The notes: generated from the sequence alone by a model not told the origin. A stretch of 64,000 nucleotides of DNA from an uncultured Gemmatimonadales bacterium (GCA_963798085.1 CAWCRS010000002.1:128001-192000), one strand, 5' to 3'. Positions 9,722 to 20,499 are shown, counted from the first letter of the stretch. Made by a program: numbers and translations.

Positions 9722-10557
9722 GCCGATCCCAGCTCGCGCGCCCGCCGGAACATGGCGCCGGCTTCCTGTTTCCGGTTCTGCTTGTCCAGGACAATGCCCA
9801 TGACGTACCAGGTCCTGGCATTGCGCGCGTCCAGCTGGGCGGCCCGTTCCAGCATGGTCAGCGCTTCATCCAGCCGGCCCAGCACATTGAGCGATTCGCC
9901 GCGGTAGTGGTACGACGACGCCATTTCGGGATCCAGGTCGATGGCCCGCTTCAGCTCGGCTTCCGCCTGCGCGTAGAGCCCTCGCCGGAATTGCACGACG
10001 CCCAGACTCACGTAGATGGACGATCGCTGCGGGTCCAGCCGCGCGGCGCGCTTCAGTTCCTTCTCGGCCGCATCGAAGCGGCCCAGCACGGCCATGGCGT
10101 TCGCGTGGCGGACCATGGCGTCGATGTTCTCCGGATCGATGCGCTTGGCGCGCTCGAATTGCTCCAGCGCCTGCAGGTGCTGTCCGATCTTCTCGTGCAG
10201 CGAGCCCAGTCCGAAGTGTGCCTCGAGGTTGGCCGGATCGCGTCGCAGGATCGACTGGAACAGGTTCATCGCGCGATCCACCTGCCCCGCCTTTTCCAGC
10301 TCTCTTGCCTGGGCCAGCTCATCGGGCGGCACGCCGCTCACGGAATCGGTCATGCGCTTCGCGGGCTGCGCGCGTGGCGCCGCGCTCAGCTCGGCGACGC
10401 GTATCGGCGAGGGCGTTTCCGGCCCGCCTGTGACGGGCGTTATCGGCGGCGCGGCCGAAGCCAGCTCGAGCTGGTCCGCCGACAGGATATCGTTCCGGGG
10501 CCCCTGCGCGGCAGCGGCAATCTCAGGCCGCCGATGACGCGGTTTCCTGCGCGTCAT
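9718..10557 (-). CDS. Tetratricopeptide repeat protein
   Basis: About 6 TPR units (AHFGLG, A..ELKRA..LDP); start approximate. Confidence 0.85.
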   Translation of the reverse strand: MTRRKPRHRRPEIAAAAQGPRNDILSADQLELASAAPPITPVTGGPETPSPIRVAELSAAPRAQPAKRMTDSVSGVPPDELAQARELEKAGQVDRAMNLFQSILRRDPANLEAHFGLGSLHEKIGQHLQALEQFERAKRIDPENIDAMVRHANAMAVLGRFDAAEKELKRAARLDPQRSSIYVSLGVVQFRRGLYAQAEAELKRAIDLDPEMASSYHYRGESLNVLGRLDEALTMLERAAQLDARNARTWYVMGIVLDKQNRKQEAGAMFRRARELGSA

Positions 10558-10582
10558 GGAAAAGAACCTCCCTTCTTCTTCA

Positions 10583-10912
10583 CTACCCACCGCGGCGTAC
10601 CCAGTCGAGGTAGGGTCCGTGGCCGGACTCGACCGGCAGGACCAGGACTTCGGGAACCTCGTACGGGTGCAGCGCGACAGCGCGGGTTGCAAGCGCTTCC
10701 GCCTGCGCCGCTGTCGTCTTCAGCATGAGCAGCGCTTCGGTGGCATCCTCGATATTGCCCTGCCAGCGGTAGATCGAGCGCAGGCCGGACAGAATGTTGC
10801 CGCACGCCGCCAGTCCTTCTTCGACGAGGGCGCGGGCCAGTCTGGTTGCGGTTTCCGGATCCGGCGTGGTGATCAGGACGACGCGGACATCAGTACCGGG
10901 CAGCTCAGTCAT
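10583..10912 (-). CDS. cutA: Divalent-cation tolerance protein CutA
   Basis: LAACGNI, SIYRWQG, LHPYEVPEV, YLDWV. Confidence 0.92.
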   Translation of the reverse strand: MTELPGTDVRVVLITTPDPETATRLARALVEEGLAACGNILSGLRSIYRWQGNIEDATEALLMLKTTAAQAEALATRAVALHPYEVPEVLVLPVESGHGPYLDWVRRGG

Positions 10913-12816
10913 GATGGGGCGGCGACGCTTCCGCGTACAGCGCCTCGATCGCATCCGCCCAGTGTTGCTCGACGACGCGACGACGCACCTTGAGCGTGGG
11001 CGTGATCTCGCCCTGCTCCAGCGTGAGCTCGCGATCGATGGCGAGCACCTTCTTGGGCCGTTCGAAGTGCGCGAACGTTTCCGTGCGGCGCGCCACTTCC
11101 TCCTCGAGGCGCGCGATCACGCGCGCGTCCGCCACCAGGGCCTGTGCGGAGGTATCGGTCACGCCTTTCTGTCTGGCCCACGCGCGCAACGTCGTGAAGT
11201 TGGGCACGACCAGCACGATCGCGTACGGCCGCCGATCGCCCAGCAGCACGGCTTCCGCAATGAAGCGACTCTGCTTCACGGCGTTCTCGAATGGGCTGCG
11301 GCGCAATGTACTTCCCGCCCGCTGTCTTGATCAGCTCCTTCTTGCGATCCGTGATGCGCAGGAAACCGTCCGCATCGATTTCGCCGATGTCGCCGGTGTG
11401 CAGCCAGCGCTCGGCATCGATCACGGTACGCGTCGCGTCGTCGTCCTTGTAGTAGCCCTTCATGATCTGCGGTCCGCGGATCAGGATCTCGCCGTCGTCG
11501 GCCACGCGCTCTTCCGTTCCCGGTATGGGCCGGCCTACGGTGCCGATGCGCATGTGTTGCGGCGTGTTCACGTTGGTGACAGGCGACGCTTCGGTCAGAC
11601 CGTAGCCTTCGAGAATCAGCAGGCCGGCGCCGTAGAAGAACTCCGTGATCTGCGGCGCCAGCGGTGCGCTGCCCGAGATGAAGAAGCGGATGCGGCCGCC
11701 CATTCCCTCGCGAATCCTGTGAAACACGAGCCGGTCCGCGAGCGCGTACTGCAATCGCAGGCCCAGTGGCGGCCGATGCCCGGCAAGCAGCTGCTTCGCC
11801 CATTGCAGAGCGACGCGTCGCGCCCAGAAGACAATGCGTCGCTTGAATCCTGTTTCCGAGAGGACGCGCGCGTACACCTTCTCGTACACGCGCGGCACCG
11901 CCACCGCGACGGTGGGCTTCACCTCCTGGAACGCCTGCGTGACTTCGTCGAAGTTCGCGACATACGCGATGGTGCAGCCGTAGGAGAACATCACGTAGTC
12001 GACGGTGCGCTGGAACACGTGGGAAAGCGGCAGGAAGCTGAGCGCGACGTCGGCCAGGCCGACGGGCAGATCGGACAGTGACGCGATCACGTTGGCGTGC
12101 AGGTTGGCGTGCGTCAGCATCACGGCCTTGGGCGTGCCGGTGGTTCCCAATGTGTACACCAGCGTGGCCAGGTCCTGCGGGCCGATCTCCCGCGCACGCT
12201 GCCTGAACTCGTTCTCGGTGCCACCGGCCTGCCTGCCCCTGTCCAGCAGCGCCGTGTACGACATAACACCCGGTTCAGTGAGCGGCACATCATCGAAGGC
12301 GACAATGCGCCGCGGCCGACCGCACTGCGCGCGTACCTCCAGCATCTTCTGCAGTTGTGCTTCACTGGAGACGAACGCCGTGTCGACCTCGGCGTGCTCC
12401 ATCATGTAGGCGATCTGGGGCGGCGGCAGCGTCGGATAGACGGGCACGGTGAGCGCGCCGTGGCAAATGATCGCCCAGTCGGTCAGCGCCCACTCGGGCC
12501 GGTTCTCGGACAGGAGGGCCACGCGATCGCCGCGGCGCACGCCCTCAGCGGCCAGTGCCTGCGCAATGAGCTGCACCTGTTCGAGCACGTGACGGTGCGA
12601 GATGGGCCGCCATGCGCTGGCCGAGCGGTGCAGCATGGCATCCGGCTTGTCGAACTCGTCGATGGCCTGGAAGAACAGCTCGACCAGTGTGCCATCGGGA
12701 ATGTCGGCGGGCGTGTTCGCATAGCCCACCCGGAATTCCGATTCCGCGTGGGGCGGGGCGGCCGGCGGCGCGTCCGTATTCTGCATCACCGCCCTGGCCT
12801 GCCCAGGCTCATTCAC
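10905..12816 (-). CDS. Long-chain fatty acid-CoA ligase (AMP-dependent); frameshift near 11290
   Basis: YT(L)GTTGTPK, EGYGLTE, WLHTGDIG, ITDRKKE; second frame ends GEITPTLKVRR. Confidence 0.88.
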
Positions 12817-13217
12817 TCGAACACCACGTCGGACAGAACTTCAATGTCCTCGCGGATGGAGTGCATGGCGCTGCAGTACTTCTCCTGCGACAGCTGCACG
12901 GCGCGGCGGACCTTGTCGTGATCATCTTCGGCCACGCCCGCGACGCGGTACGTCAACCGGATCTTCGTGTAGCGACGCGGCGGTTCCTCGCGCCGGTCAC
13001 CCTCGGCGCGCACGTCGAATGCGCTGAGCCGTACGCGCATCTTCCCCACAATGTCGACAATGTCCGACGCCGTGCACGCAGACAACCCGAGCAGGAACGT
13101 GATCATCGGCGACGGACCGACCTTGCCATCACCGTCGACCACGACCTGCGGTCCGCCTTCCTTGCCGCCGGCGAACTGCGTGCCTTCACCCAGCCAGCGC
13201 AGCGTGACCGCTGCCAT
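12813..13217 (-). CDS. OsmC/YhfA family protein
   Basis: GPSPM, LSACTASD, LSQEKYCS. Confidence 0.88.
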   Translation of the reverse strand: MAAVTLRWLGEGTQFAGGKEGGPQVVVDGDGKVGPSPMITFLLGLSACTASDIVDIVGKMRVRLSAFDVRAEGDRREEPPRRYTKIRLTYRVAGVAEDDHDKVRRAVQLSQEKYCSAMHSIREDIEVLSDVVFE

Positions 13218-13660
13218 CAGGGAATCGCTCCCTCGGCATCGTCGCTTCCCACGAGTCCCGCATCCAGCTGCGCCAGTGTCTGCTTCGCATGTTCGACATG
13301 ACGCTCCGCCTCCGGTCCGGCGGGCGGCTGCGCCAGGAATTCGCGCAGATGCGACGCCGCATCGTCGGGCCTGCCCTCGCGCAGCAGCAGGAACGCCAGG
13401 CCGTAGTGTGCGCCCGCGGCCGTGGCATCGCTGCTCAGTGCCTTGCGGTACGCGCGGATGGCTTCGTCGGTCATGCCAATGCGCGTGTACGTGACAGCGA
13501 TCTGCTGGAGCACCGCAGCGTCCTCGGGAGCGTCACGCTGCGCGAGACGGAACGACGTCAGTGCCTCGTGGTACTTGCCCGCGTTCAGCAGGGCGAGGCC
13601 TTCGTCGTAGTAATCGACCGCGTCCGTCTCCTGCCTGAAGAGTTTTTTCCAGAGGCTCAT
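13217..13660 (-). CDS. Tetratricopeptide repeat protein
   Basis: 3 TPR-like units (YYDEGLAL, AHYGLAFLL). Confidence 0.8.
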   Translation of the reverse strand: MSLWKKLFRQETDAVDYYDEGLALLNAGKYHEALTSFRLAQRDAPEDAAVLQQIAVTYTRIGMTDEAIRAYRKALSSDATAAGAHYGLAFLLLREGRPDDAASHLREFLAQPPAGPEAERHVEHAKQTLAQLDAGLVGSDDAEGAIP

Positions 13661-13739
13661 GGCAAGTTATCGCGGCGGGAGAGTGAAGCCTGCCGGTTTC
13701 CTCAAGATAGAGGACCCGTCCGGCGAGGCGCAATCGAGT

Positions 13740-14363
13740 TCAACTGTGCAACGCGAGCATTGTATCCTGCTCCTGCAGCATGACGCGCATGCCGCGGGCC
13801 GTGAGTCGTTCTACCGCGTTAGCGGGCGCCCCCTCGAGCACCAGCCGCCCCAGTGGATGCAGTATGCGCGCACCTTCTTCCAACAGGGTATCAGCAGAGT
13901 CGCCGCTCAACCAGACACCGTGCATGCGCGCCGCGCAGAATGGCAGCACACTGCGTACCGCAATGCGGCTGACGCCGGGCGCATTGCCGGCGGCGGGTGG
14001 TGTTTCCGCCACGATTTCGGTGTTGTCGCTGAAGGCCGCGAGCGCAGCCGCGTGGCGGGCGGCCGGTCCCATGACCAGCGTGAATCCGTGTCTGTTCACA
14101 TCCAGTCCAAGCAGCGCGGCCATGCGCAGCGCCTCGTCGTTGTCAGGCGGCCCGGCGTCGGCGCTTGGTCGGGACAGCGCCCGTTCCGGTTCAGCAAGCA
14201 CGTATGCAATGCCTTGGTGAATCGGGTACTGCCGGCGGCAGGAAGGACAACCGAGCGCACCCTCGCGGATGCGGCGCTGGTCCATCTGATGGGCCAGCAG
14301 GATCAGGCCGTGCTCCGGTCCGCACACCGGGCACGTCAGGATGTCGGTCAGCAGGAGGTGCAT
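13740..14363 (-). CDS. Trm112-like zinc-binding domain fused to a degenerate methyltransferase-like domain
   Basis: LTDILTCPVC...EGALGCPSCRRQYPIHQGI; C-terminal ARILHPLGRLV. Confidence 0.65.
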   Translation of the reverse strand: MHLLLTDILTCPVCGPEHGLILLAHQMDQRRIREGALGCPSCRRQYPIHQGIAYVLAEPERALSRPSADAGPPDNDEALRMAALLGLDVNRHGFTLVMGPAARHAAALAAFSDNTEIVAETPPAAGNAPGVSRIAVRSVLPFCAARMHGVWLSGDSADTLLEEGARILHPLGRLVLEGAPANAVERLTARGMRVMLQEQDTMLALHS

Positions 14364-14436
14364 GGGCAGGCGGTGCTGCGCCGGCGCCGCCGCCGCAGCG
14401 CGATCGTGCGCGGGCGGTCTGCGTGCAATGGCCCGT

Positions 14437-16381
14437 TCAGGGCCGTAGCTCCACCACTGTCACCTTGCCAGCCTGCACGCGAATGCGCCGCCATACGTGC
14501 TGCCCGGCGATCTCTACGCCGATCAGGTAGGTGCCGGCGGGCACATCATTGACGGCGAAATTCTCGCCGTAGACCGGATCCGGGTGGGCGCGCTCGCCGT
14601 ACGTCTCCGCGTACGAGTAGGGTGTCTCGGCCGGGTAGGGCAGCACCAGGCCGAAAACATGTGCGCCGCGTACCGGCTGACCGGTCGCATCCAGCACGCG
14701 ACCGACGACGGTACCGGTTCCCGGCAGCGGCTCCAGCCATAACTCGGGATTCACAGTGTGCGGCGGGTAGCGCTCATTGGCATTCACAATGTCCGCCGAG
14801 TCCGGCGAGGCAGACACGTGGATCTCGAGGTGCAGGTGATCATTCGTGGCGCGACCCGTGTTGCCCACTCGCGAAATGACATCGCCGGCATTGACGTGCT
14901 GGCCGCTGCTCACGTCGAGCGAGGCATTGTGGTAGTACACGGAGAAGACGTACTTCCCATCCAGCTGGGCGTCATGACGGATGGCGACCGTGTGGGCACC
15001 CGCTTCCGCATCGCCTGCGAACACCACGGTTCCAGCGGCCACGGCATGCACCGGCGTACCCGCCGGATTATTGAACTCGACCCCCTGATGCTGCTGGAAG
15101 GCCCCACCCATGGTCGAGCCGTAACGGTAGGTGGCATCAATGTACGGATTGGCGGCGCTGTCCGCGATGGGCCGGGGAAAGCGCATGTGCTGCGCGTCCT
15201 CAATGGTGCCGCCCGGCACCACACTCGAGTACACGATCTCCGGACCTTCGCCCGCCAGCACGCGCGACAAGCCGCTGGCCGCGCCGCCAACGGGCCAGGG
15301 CGGCGGGCCCAGCCACGTCATGGACCACATGTCGGCGGCCGGCTTGTAGTCGTCGCCCGCGGCCACGAAGTAGATGCGGAAGTCACCCAGGCCGTTGCCG
15401 GCCGCGAGACCGAACGAAAGCACAATGGAGGGTTCGGCGATGCCGGGCGTGGGCACAATCGCCCGCGGCTTGCCCGGCAGTCCCGGCCAGCCCGGCAGAT
15501 TGATGGTCCCGGGCACGAACTTGTTCTGTTTGCTGCTGCGTGCGGAGTCGACCAGGATCTGATCCTCGGTCGCCACCCATATCATGGAGTCGAGTGTGGC
15601 AGCGACCGCGCGAATGCGCCTGGCGGGGATGCCGTCTGCGGGCGTGAGATTGCGCCACGTGCGCCCCGCGTCCTTCGATGTCGAGAGTCCCTCGAGGTGC
15701 CCCACCCAGATCGCGCCATCCGGGCCGATATCGACCGATAGCAGGTACTCCGTGGGCAGTGCGGCCACGCGCTCCGTGCAGCCATCGTTCGCGCGATCCG
15801 CGCCGCCGGCCACGACGTGCAACGCGGTCACGCAGCGCCACGTCTGGCCGCCATTGCTGCGTGATGCGCAGTCCGTCGGCGGTGGCAATGACGACGGTGT
15901 CGCCGGTGCTGCGCATGCCGTTGTGCGCGACGTACTGCCACTGCGGGCCGAGCCGCGTCATGGTCCAGTTCTGCCACGTGGCGCCGCCATCCGTCGAGCG
16001 ACCCCAGCCGTTGCCCACCGTGCCGTACCAGACCGAGCCATCATTGGGGAACGCGAAGCTGTTGATGTAGCCCCATGAGATTGCCGTGGAGTCACCGGCG
16101 TGCGGCGCGATGTGCTCCCAGTGGCTCGTGCCGTTGCGCAGCACGTAAATGCCGCGGCCGTAGGTGCCCGCCCACAGCGCGCCTTTGCTGTCCACGCCCA
16201 GCGCGAGCACGTGCACGCCGAAGCCGGTGCTGTCCGGCAGAGGCGGCGGCAGCCTGCGCCGCTGCGGCTGCGGTGGTCCGGCACCCTGTCGTTCCTGTTC
16301 CGGTGCGCCACCGCTGGCGCATGCCGCTGCCAGCAAGGTCGTGAGCAGAACCAGCCCCGCAACACCCGACCGCGTGCTCAT
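14437..16381 (-). CDS. Lipoprotein with beta-propeller/BNR repeats, M23 peptidase and C-terminal carboxypeptidase-regulatory-like domain; frameshift near 15855
   Basis: Lipobox LAAAC; STDGGATW and SKDAGRTW repeats; HQGVE, GNTG and HLH M23 motifs. Confidence 0.8.
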
Positions 16382-16764
16382 GTGAACAGCATCCGTTCCG
16401 TGTATTGTGCCCACTGCGTGGGGGTTTCCCAGACGCGCGTATAGAGCATGGCGCTGGCCACTCCGGCGGGCAGCGTGCGGCGCAGCTCGTCCCAGAAATA
16501 CTTCGCCTGATTCTCCGCGGACGGCTCAATGTGCGTGAACGGCTCCAGATCATTCAGGTTCTCATGGTCCAGCCGGTCGGCCAGCTCGCGCAGCTGCCGC
16601 TTGATGACGACGAAGTCGAAGGCAATGCCCGCTTCATCCAGCTCCGAGCTGGCGAGCGCGACCTCCACGACGTAGCGGTGCCCGTGCAGCCGTTCGCACT
16701 TGCCGTGGTAGTTGCGCAGGAAGTGCGCACTGTCGTAATGCGCCTGCACGCTCACGGTGAACAT
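16378..16764 (-). CDS. queD: 6-pyruvoyl-tetrahydropterin synthase family protein, QueD-like with CExxHGH (PTPS-I/III) motif
   Basis: YDSAHFL, KCERLHGH, LDHENLND, PSAEN, VWETP. Confidence 0.8.
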   Translation of the reverse strand: MFTVSVQAHYDSAHFLRNYHGKCERLHGHRYVVEVALASSELDEAGIAFDFVVIKRQLRELADRLDHENLNDLEPFTHIEPSAENQAKYFWDELRRTLPAGVASAMLYTRVWETPTQWAQYTERMLFT

Positions 16765-16767
16765 CGT

Positions 16768-17509
16768 TCAGGCACGCTCCAGCGAGAGGGTGGGCACATT
16801 CGTGCCCGGCGGCTGCGTCAGAGCATACACCACGGCGCCAGCCACTGCATCGGGATCCAGCATGGCGTCACGCGGTGGCAGGTTCGTGTGCACCGTGCGA
16901 TCGAATGCCATCCCACATGGCCGTGTCGGTCGCGGCGGGCTCGACCAGGGTGCAGCGGACACCCGTGTTGTGCAGCTCGAGCGCGAGCACGGCGTGCAAT
17001 CCGCGCACGCCGAATTTCAATGCCGAGTACGCGCCGTTCATGGGGAATGCCTGGCGGCCGGCCACGGAGCCGATGGTGACAATGTGGCCGCGGCCGCGTT
17101 CCAGCATGGCGGGCAGGAACGCACGCATCATGAGGAACGGCCCGCGCAGGTTCACCGCCAGGTGCTCCTCGAATTGTGCGGCGCTGGTCTGCGCGATCGC
17201 TGACAGTGCAAACACGCCCGCCGCATTGATCAGGAAATCGGGCGCGCTCTCACCCAGCACGGCGCGGAACCTCGCCGGCATCTGCTGTGTGATTCTCGCG
17301 TCGGAAACATCGCCGGCGAGCGCCACACCCGCCACGCGCTCCGCCGCCTCACCCAGGCTGGCCTTGCCCCTCGCCACCAGCGCCACGCGCACGCGGGCTG
17401 CTGCCAGCCGGCGTGCAATGGCGAAGCCAATGCCGCGCGATGCGCCGGTCACCAGCGCGCTGCGCCCTTCGAGTGTCGCCGCAACCGCCGCCTCAGCCAA
17501 CGATGCCAT
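16768..17509 (-). CDS. SDR oxidoreductase (candidate sepiapterin-type reductase); frameshift near 16904
   Basis: [16 protein letters not shown](L)K; lies inside the pterin operon. Confidence 0.85.
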
Positions 17510-18095
17510 TGACCAGACACAGTCGCAGGAACTCCTCGCGGGTTTTCGGATCCTCGAGGAACGCGCCGCGCATGGCACTCGTGATAGTCTTCGAGTTCTG
17601 CTTCTCCACACCCCGCATCATCATGCACAGGTGATAGGCCTCCACAATGACGCCCACGCCCTGCGGCTGGAGCACGCTCCAGAGCGACTCGGCGATTTCG
17701 TCCGTCAACCTCTCCTGTATCTGGACACGCCGCGCGAAGAGATCCACTATGCGCGCCACCTTGCTGAGCCCCACGATGTGGCCATTCGGGATGTACGCGA
17801 CGTGCGCCTTGCCGAAGAACGGGAGCAGGTGATGCTCGCATAGCGAGTACAGCTCGATGTCCTTGACGATGACCATGTTGTGATGATCCTCGTCGAAGAT
17901 GGCGTCGCCGATCACATCGGCCACGCACATCTTCTCGCCGCGCGTCAGGTACTGCAGTGTGTCGGCCACGCGCTGCGGTGTGCGCTTGAGGCCCTGTCGT
18001 TCCACGTCCTCGCCCAGGCGCCGCAGGATCTCGCGAACGAGGTCCGGCAGCGCGGCCGTCTCCAGTGTCATGGGCGCAACCTGCATCGTGCTCAT
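17493..18095 (-). CDS. folE: GTP cyclohydrolase I
   Basis: [32 protein letters not shown]. Confidence 0.96.
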   Translation of the reverse strand: MSTMQVAPMTLETAALPDLVREILRRLGEDVERQGLKRTPQRVADTLQYLTRGEKMCVADVIGDAIFDEDHHNMVIVKDIELYSLCEHHLLPFFGKAHVAYIPNGHIVGLSKVARIVDLFARRVQIQERLTDEIAESLWSVLQPQGVGVIVEAYHLCMMMRGVEKQNSKTITSAMRGAFLEDPKTREEFLRLCLVNGIVG

Positions 18096-18580
18096 GATTC
18101 CTCCTCCGCCCCCAGGCCCGTGTATTCGACTGCGTTGCGCGGCGTTTCGTGCAGCACCAGACGCGTCAGCCGCACCTGCGGCGGCAGCTGCGGCATGATG
18201 CGGTTCCAGATGGCCAAGACCAGGTTTTCCGTCGTCGGATTCACATCGCGCAGCCACGGAACATCGAGATTGAGGTTCCGGTGATCGAGATCATGGATCA
18301 CACCCTCCTCGACGATGTCGCGCAGCACCTTCAGGTCAATGACGTAGCCCGTTTCAGGCGCGACCGGTCCTTCGACAGTCACCTCCAGCTCGTAGTTGTG
18401 ACCATGCCAGTTGGGATTGGCGCAGAGGCCGAACGTCTCGCGGTTCGTCTGCTCATCCCAGTCGGCCCGACCCAGCCGGTGCGCGGCGCTGAAGTGGAGT
18501 CGTCGCGTGACACGCACCCGCGGCAATGCGCGCGCCTTCGAGCCTGCGCCGTCGCGCTGCTTCGACTCTGCCTGTTTCAT
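18092..18580 (-). CDS. 6-pyruvoyl-tetrahydropterin synthase, Cx5HGH (PTPS-II) type
   Basis: [36 protein letters not shown]. Confidence 0.88.
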   Translation of the reverse strand: MKQAESKQRDGAGSKARALPRVRVTRRLHFSAAHRLGRADWDEQTNRETFGLCANPNWHGHNYELEVTVEGPVAPETGYVIDLKVLRDIVEEGVIHDLDHRNLNLDVPWLRDVNPTTENLVLAIWNRIMPQLPPQVRLTRLVLHETPRNAVEYTGLGAEEES

Positions 18581-18673
18581 GGCGCGACGGCTCCTCATGT
18601 TTGCGCATTGCCCCCGGCGGGCGCGCCCGTGACCTCGCGCGATTACCCGCCCATCCGCGCGGTGTTTCGGCCG

Positions 18674-18708
18674 AAAAAAAAGGCCGGCCCGCTCAACACG
18701 GGCCGGCC
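18674..18708 (-). terminator. Intrinsic terminator
   Basis: Minus strand GGCCGGCCCG-TGTTGAG-CGGGCCGGCC followed by T8. Confidence 0.9.
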
Positions 18709-18873
18709 GGCGACGTACCGAAGGTCATTTGTTGGAGCCCAGTCGAAATCGACTGGTGACCTCCCCATTCCTTCCGGCTTCCCCCTCGCGAGGGCATGAC
18801 GTCCAGAACGGGAGCTGGCCCCAATGAAGCAATGCTGTAGGCCCAAAACGGTTCCCTCGGTACGTCTGTCGCC
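18709..18873 (-). ncRNA. ssrS: Structured ncRNA, probably 6S RNA
   Basis: 5' GACGTACCGAGGG pairs with 3' CCTTCGGTACGTC; rod-like fold with central bubble and small hairpin AGTCG-ATTT-CGACT; own promoter and terminator; about 200 nt including terminator. Confidence 0.65.
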
Positions 18874-18879
18874 GCTGAA

Positions 18880-18908
18880 AAGGTAGTCTGACCCTTCAGG
18901 GGTGTCAA
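18880..18908 (-). promoter_or_regulatory. Sigma70-type promoter for the ncRNA
   Basis: TTGACA (18908-18903), 17 nt spacer, TACCTT (18885-18880). Confidence 0.8.
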
Positions 18909-18930
18909 TTCGATGGACGCACCACTTCGG

Positions 18931-19599
18931 CTACGGCACAATGTCGCTGTGCACGTGATACAGGACCTGCATCGTCGCCGCATCACGACTGCTCGGCTGC
19001 GCCACCTGCGGGTCGGTGCGATACATCAGATCGCGTGCGTCGGGTGAGTGCCTGCCGATGCCCAGGACGTGTCCCAGCTCGTGCGCCACGAGGCGGTCGA
19101 GCGTTTCCGGCGTGGCCGCTTCGATCGCGAGCACCAGCACCAGCATCTTGACCTGGCTGGCGGCCGCATCACTGCGGGGGAACGTGCGCAGCCGCAGGAC
19201 GGCCGGGTTGGTTTCATCCAGACAGAACGTGGTGACGGCCTGCGTGAGCGCGGGCTGGCAGTTGCTCGTTTCGACAGGCAACACTTCGTCGGAGAGCGAG
19301 AGCACGACGTCCGCGTGATCGAGGTCGGCGGCGCGCTCGAGATGATACTCGGCGAAATCCGCGAGATCGTTCCACGCCTGTGCGCCCAGTACGAACGCGG
19401 TGTCCAGACGGGCGTTGTCGACGGCAACCGGTCCGTGATTCACGTACACACGCACGCGGGTACCGGCGGGCCAGCGCAGCACGAGCGGTGGCTGCGTCGT
19501 CAGCCGGAACTCATAGACGAGCCCGGCATCGCGGCCCGGTATCGTGGGTGAGCTGCACGCGGCGAGCAGTGTCGCCAGCAGCCAGAGGTGGCGCCTCAT
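18931..19599 (-). CDS. Matrixin-family (M10-like) zinc metalloprotease lipoprotein
   Basis: Lipobox LLAAC; HELGHVLGIGRHS; Met-turn DLMY. Confidence 0.85.
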   Translation of the reverse strand: MRRHLWLLATLLAACSSPTIPGRDAGLVYEFRLTTQPPLVLRWPAGTRVRVYVNHGPVAVDNARLDTAFVLGAQAWNDLADFAEYHLERAADLDHADVVLSLSDEVLPVETSNCQPALTQAVTTFCLDETNPAVLRLRTFPRSDAAASQVKMLVLVLAIEAATPETLDRLVAHELGHVLGIGRHSPDARDLMYRTDPQVAQPSSRDAATMQVLYHVHSDIVP

Positions 19600-20294
19600 C
19601 GCCGTGGCCCCAGCTCGAAACCGGCCTGCAGCAGGAAGCGGAACACGGAGCCGGATTGCGCGCCCGCGTCGCGCAGGACGGGCGTGCGGAAGCGATGCGC
19701 CTGACCGGTCGCACGCAACACCACGCGCGTTCCCGCCAGCGGCACGTGCACGCCCGTGTTGCACTCGAGCAGGGGCGCCAGCTCGCTGCCGTTCTCGAAC
19801 AGACCGCCAGTCGCGTAGTAATGCAGCGCACCGAAACCGCAGCCGGCGTCGGTCTTCCAGAACAGTGGGTAGCGGACACCAATGGTGAGGTGTGCGGCGG
19901 AGAGATTCTGCATGCGGCGCACGCCATCGCCATCGTGCGCGTCGAGGTGTGTAGCGGTCCAGCCGAAGGAGAGATCGAGCGTGCTGCGGTGGCGCAGCGG
20001 CAGCCCCAGTGCGACCTCGAAGACCGGCCCCACGGTGGGGACGGCGCGCACACCGCCGGCGAACAGCGTACCGAGTCCACTGCGCAACAGCGGGTTGGCC
20101 ACCTCGTCTTCAGCCAGTGCGCTGGACTTCACCGCGCCGGCCCGCACCTCGACGGTCGGGTGCTGGGCACGCGCCGATCCCGAAACACTTGCAAGCAGAA
20201 CTGCGAACACAAAGGCCGGGCCGAGCCCCACTGCGCGTGTTGAGCGCGGGTGCGCCCAATGTCGTGCCGCCTGACCCACCGCTACTACGTGCAT
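19596..20294 (-). CDS. Hypothetical exported protein, possibly an outer-membrane beta-barrel
   Basis: Signal-like AFVFAVLLASVSGSARAQ; amphipathic strands; C-terminal QAGFEL; start uncertain. Confidence 0.5.
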   Translation of the reverse strand: MHVVAVGQAARHWAHPRSTRAVGLGPAFVFAVLLASVSGSARAQHPTVEVRAGAVKSSALAEDEVANPLLRSGLGTLFAGGVRAVPTVGPVFEVALGLPLRHRSTLDLSFGWTATHLDAHDGDGVRRMQNLSAAHLTIGVRYPLFWKTDAGCGFGALHYYATGGLFENGSELAPLLECNTGVHVPLAGTRVVLRATGQAHRFRTPVLRDAGAQSGSVFRFLLQAGFELGPRR

Positions 20295-20499
20295 CCAGGC
20301 ATCAACCCGGCAGCGACCGCTCGGCGCGCGGGTCCCTCCCGCGGCTGCGGACCGCGGGTATCGAGCCGGGCCCTTCCATCGTGTCAGGCTGAGGATGGCG
20401 CAGTGCCTCGCCGGCCGTCAAGCAGCGGCCGCCACGGGTCCGGCCAGGGTCCCGCCAGCGGTCGCCACTCCGACATTGTGCGCCAGGCGGTCGCAGCGT

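Noticed and set aside
16378..18580. folE/queD as part of a 7-deazaguanine DNA-modification (dpd) island explaining the GATG errors
   Set aside because: No dpdA, queC or queE in the window; the context fits cofactor biosynthesis
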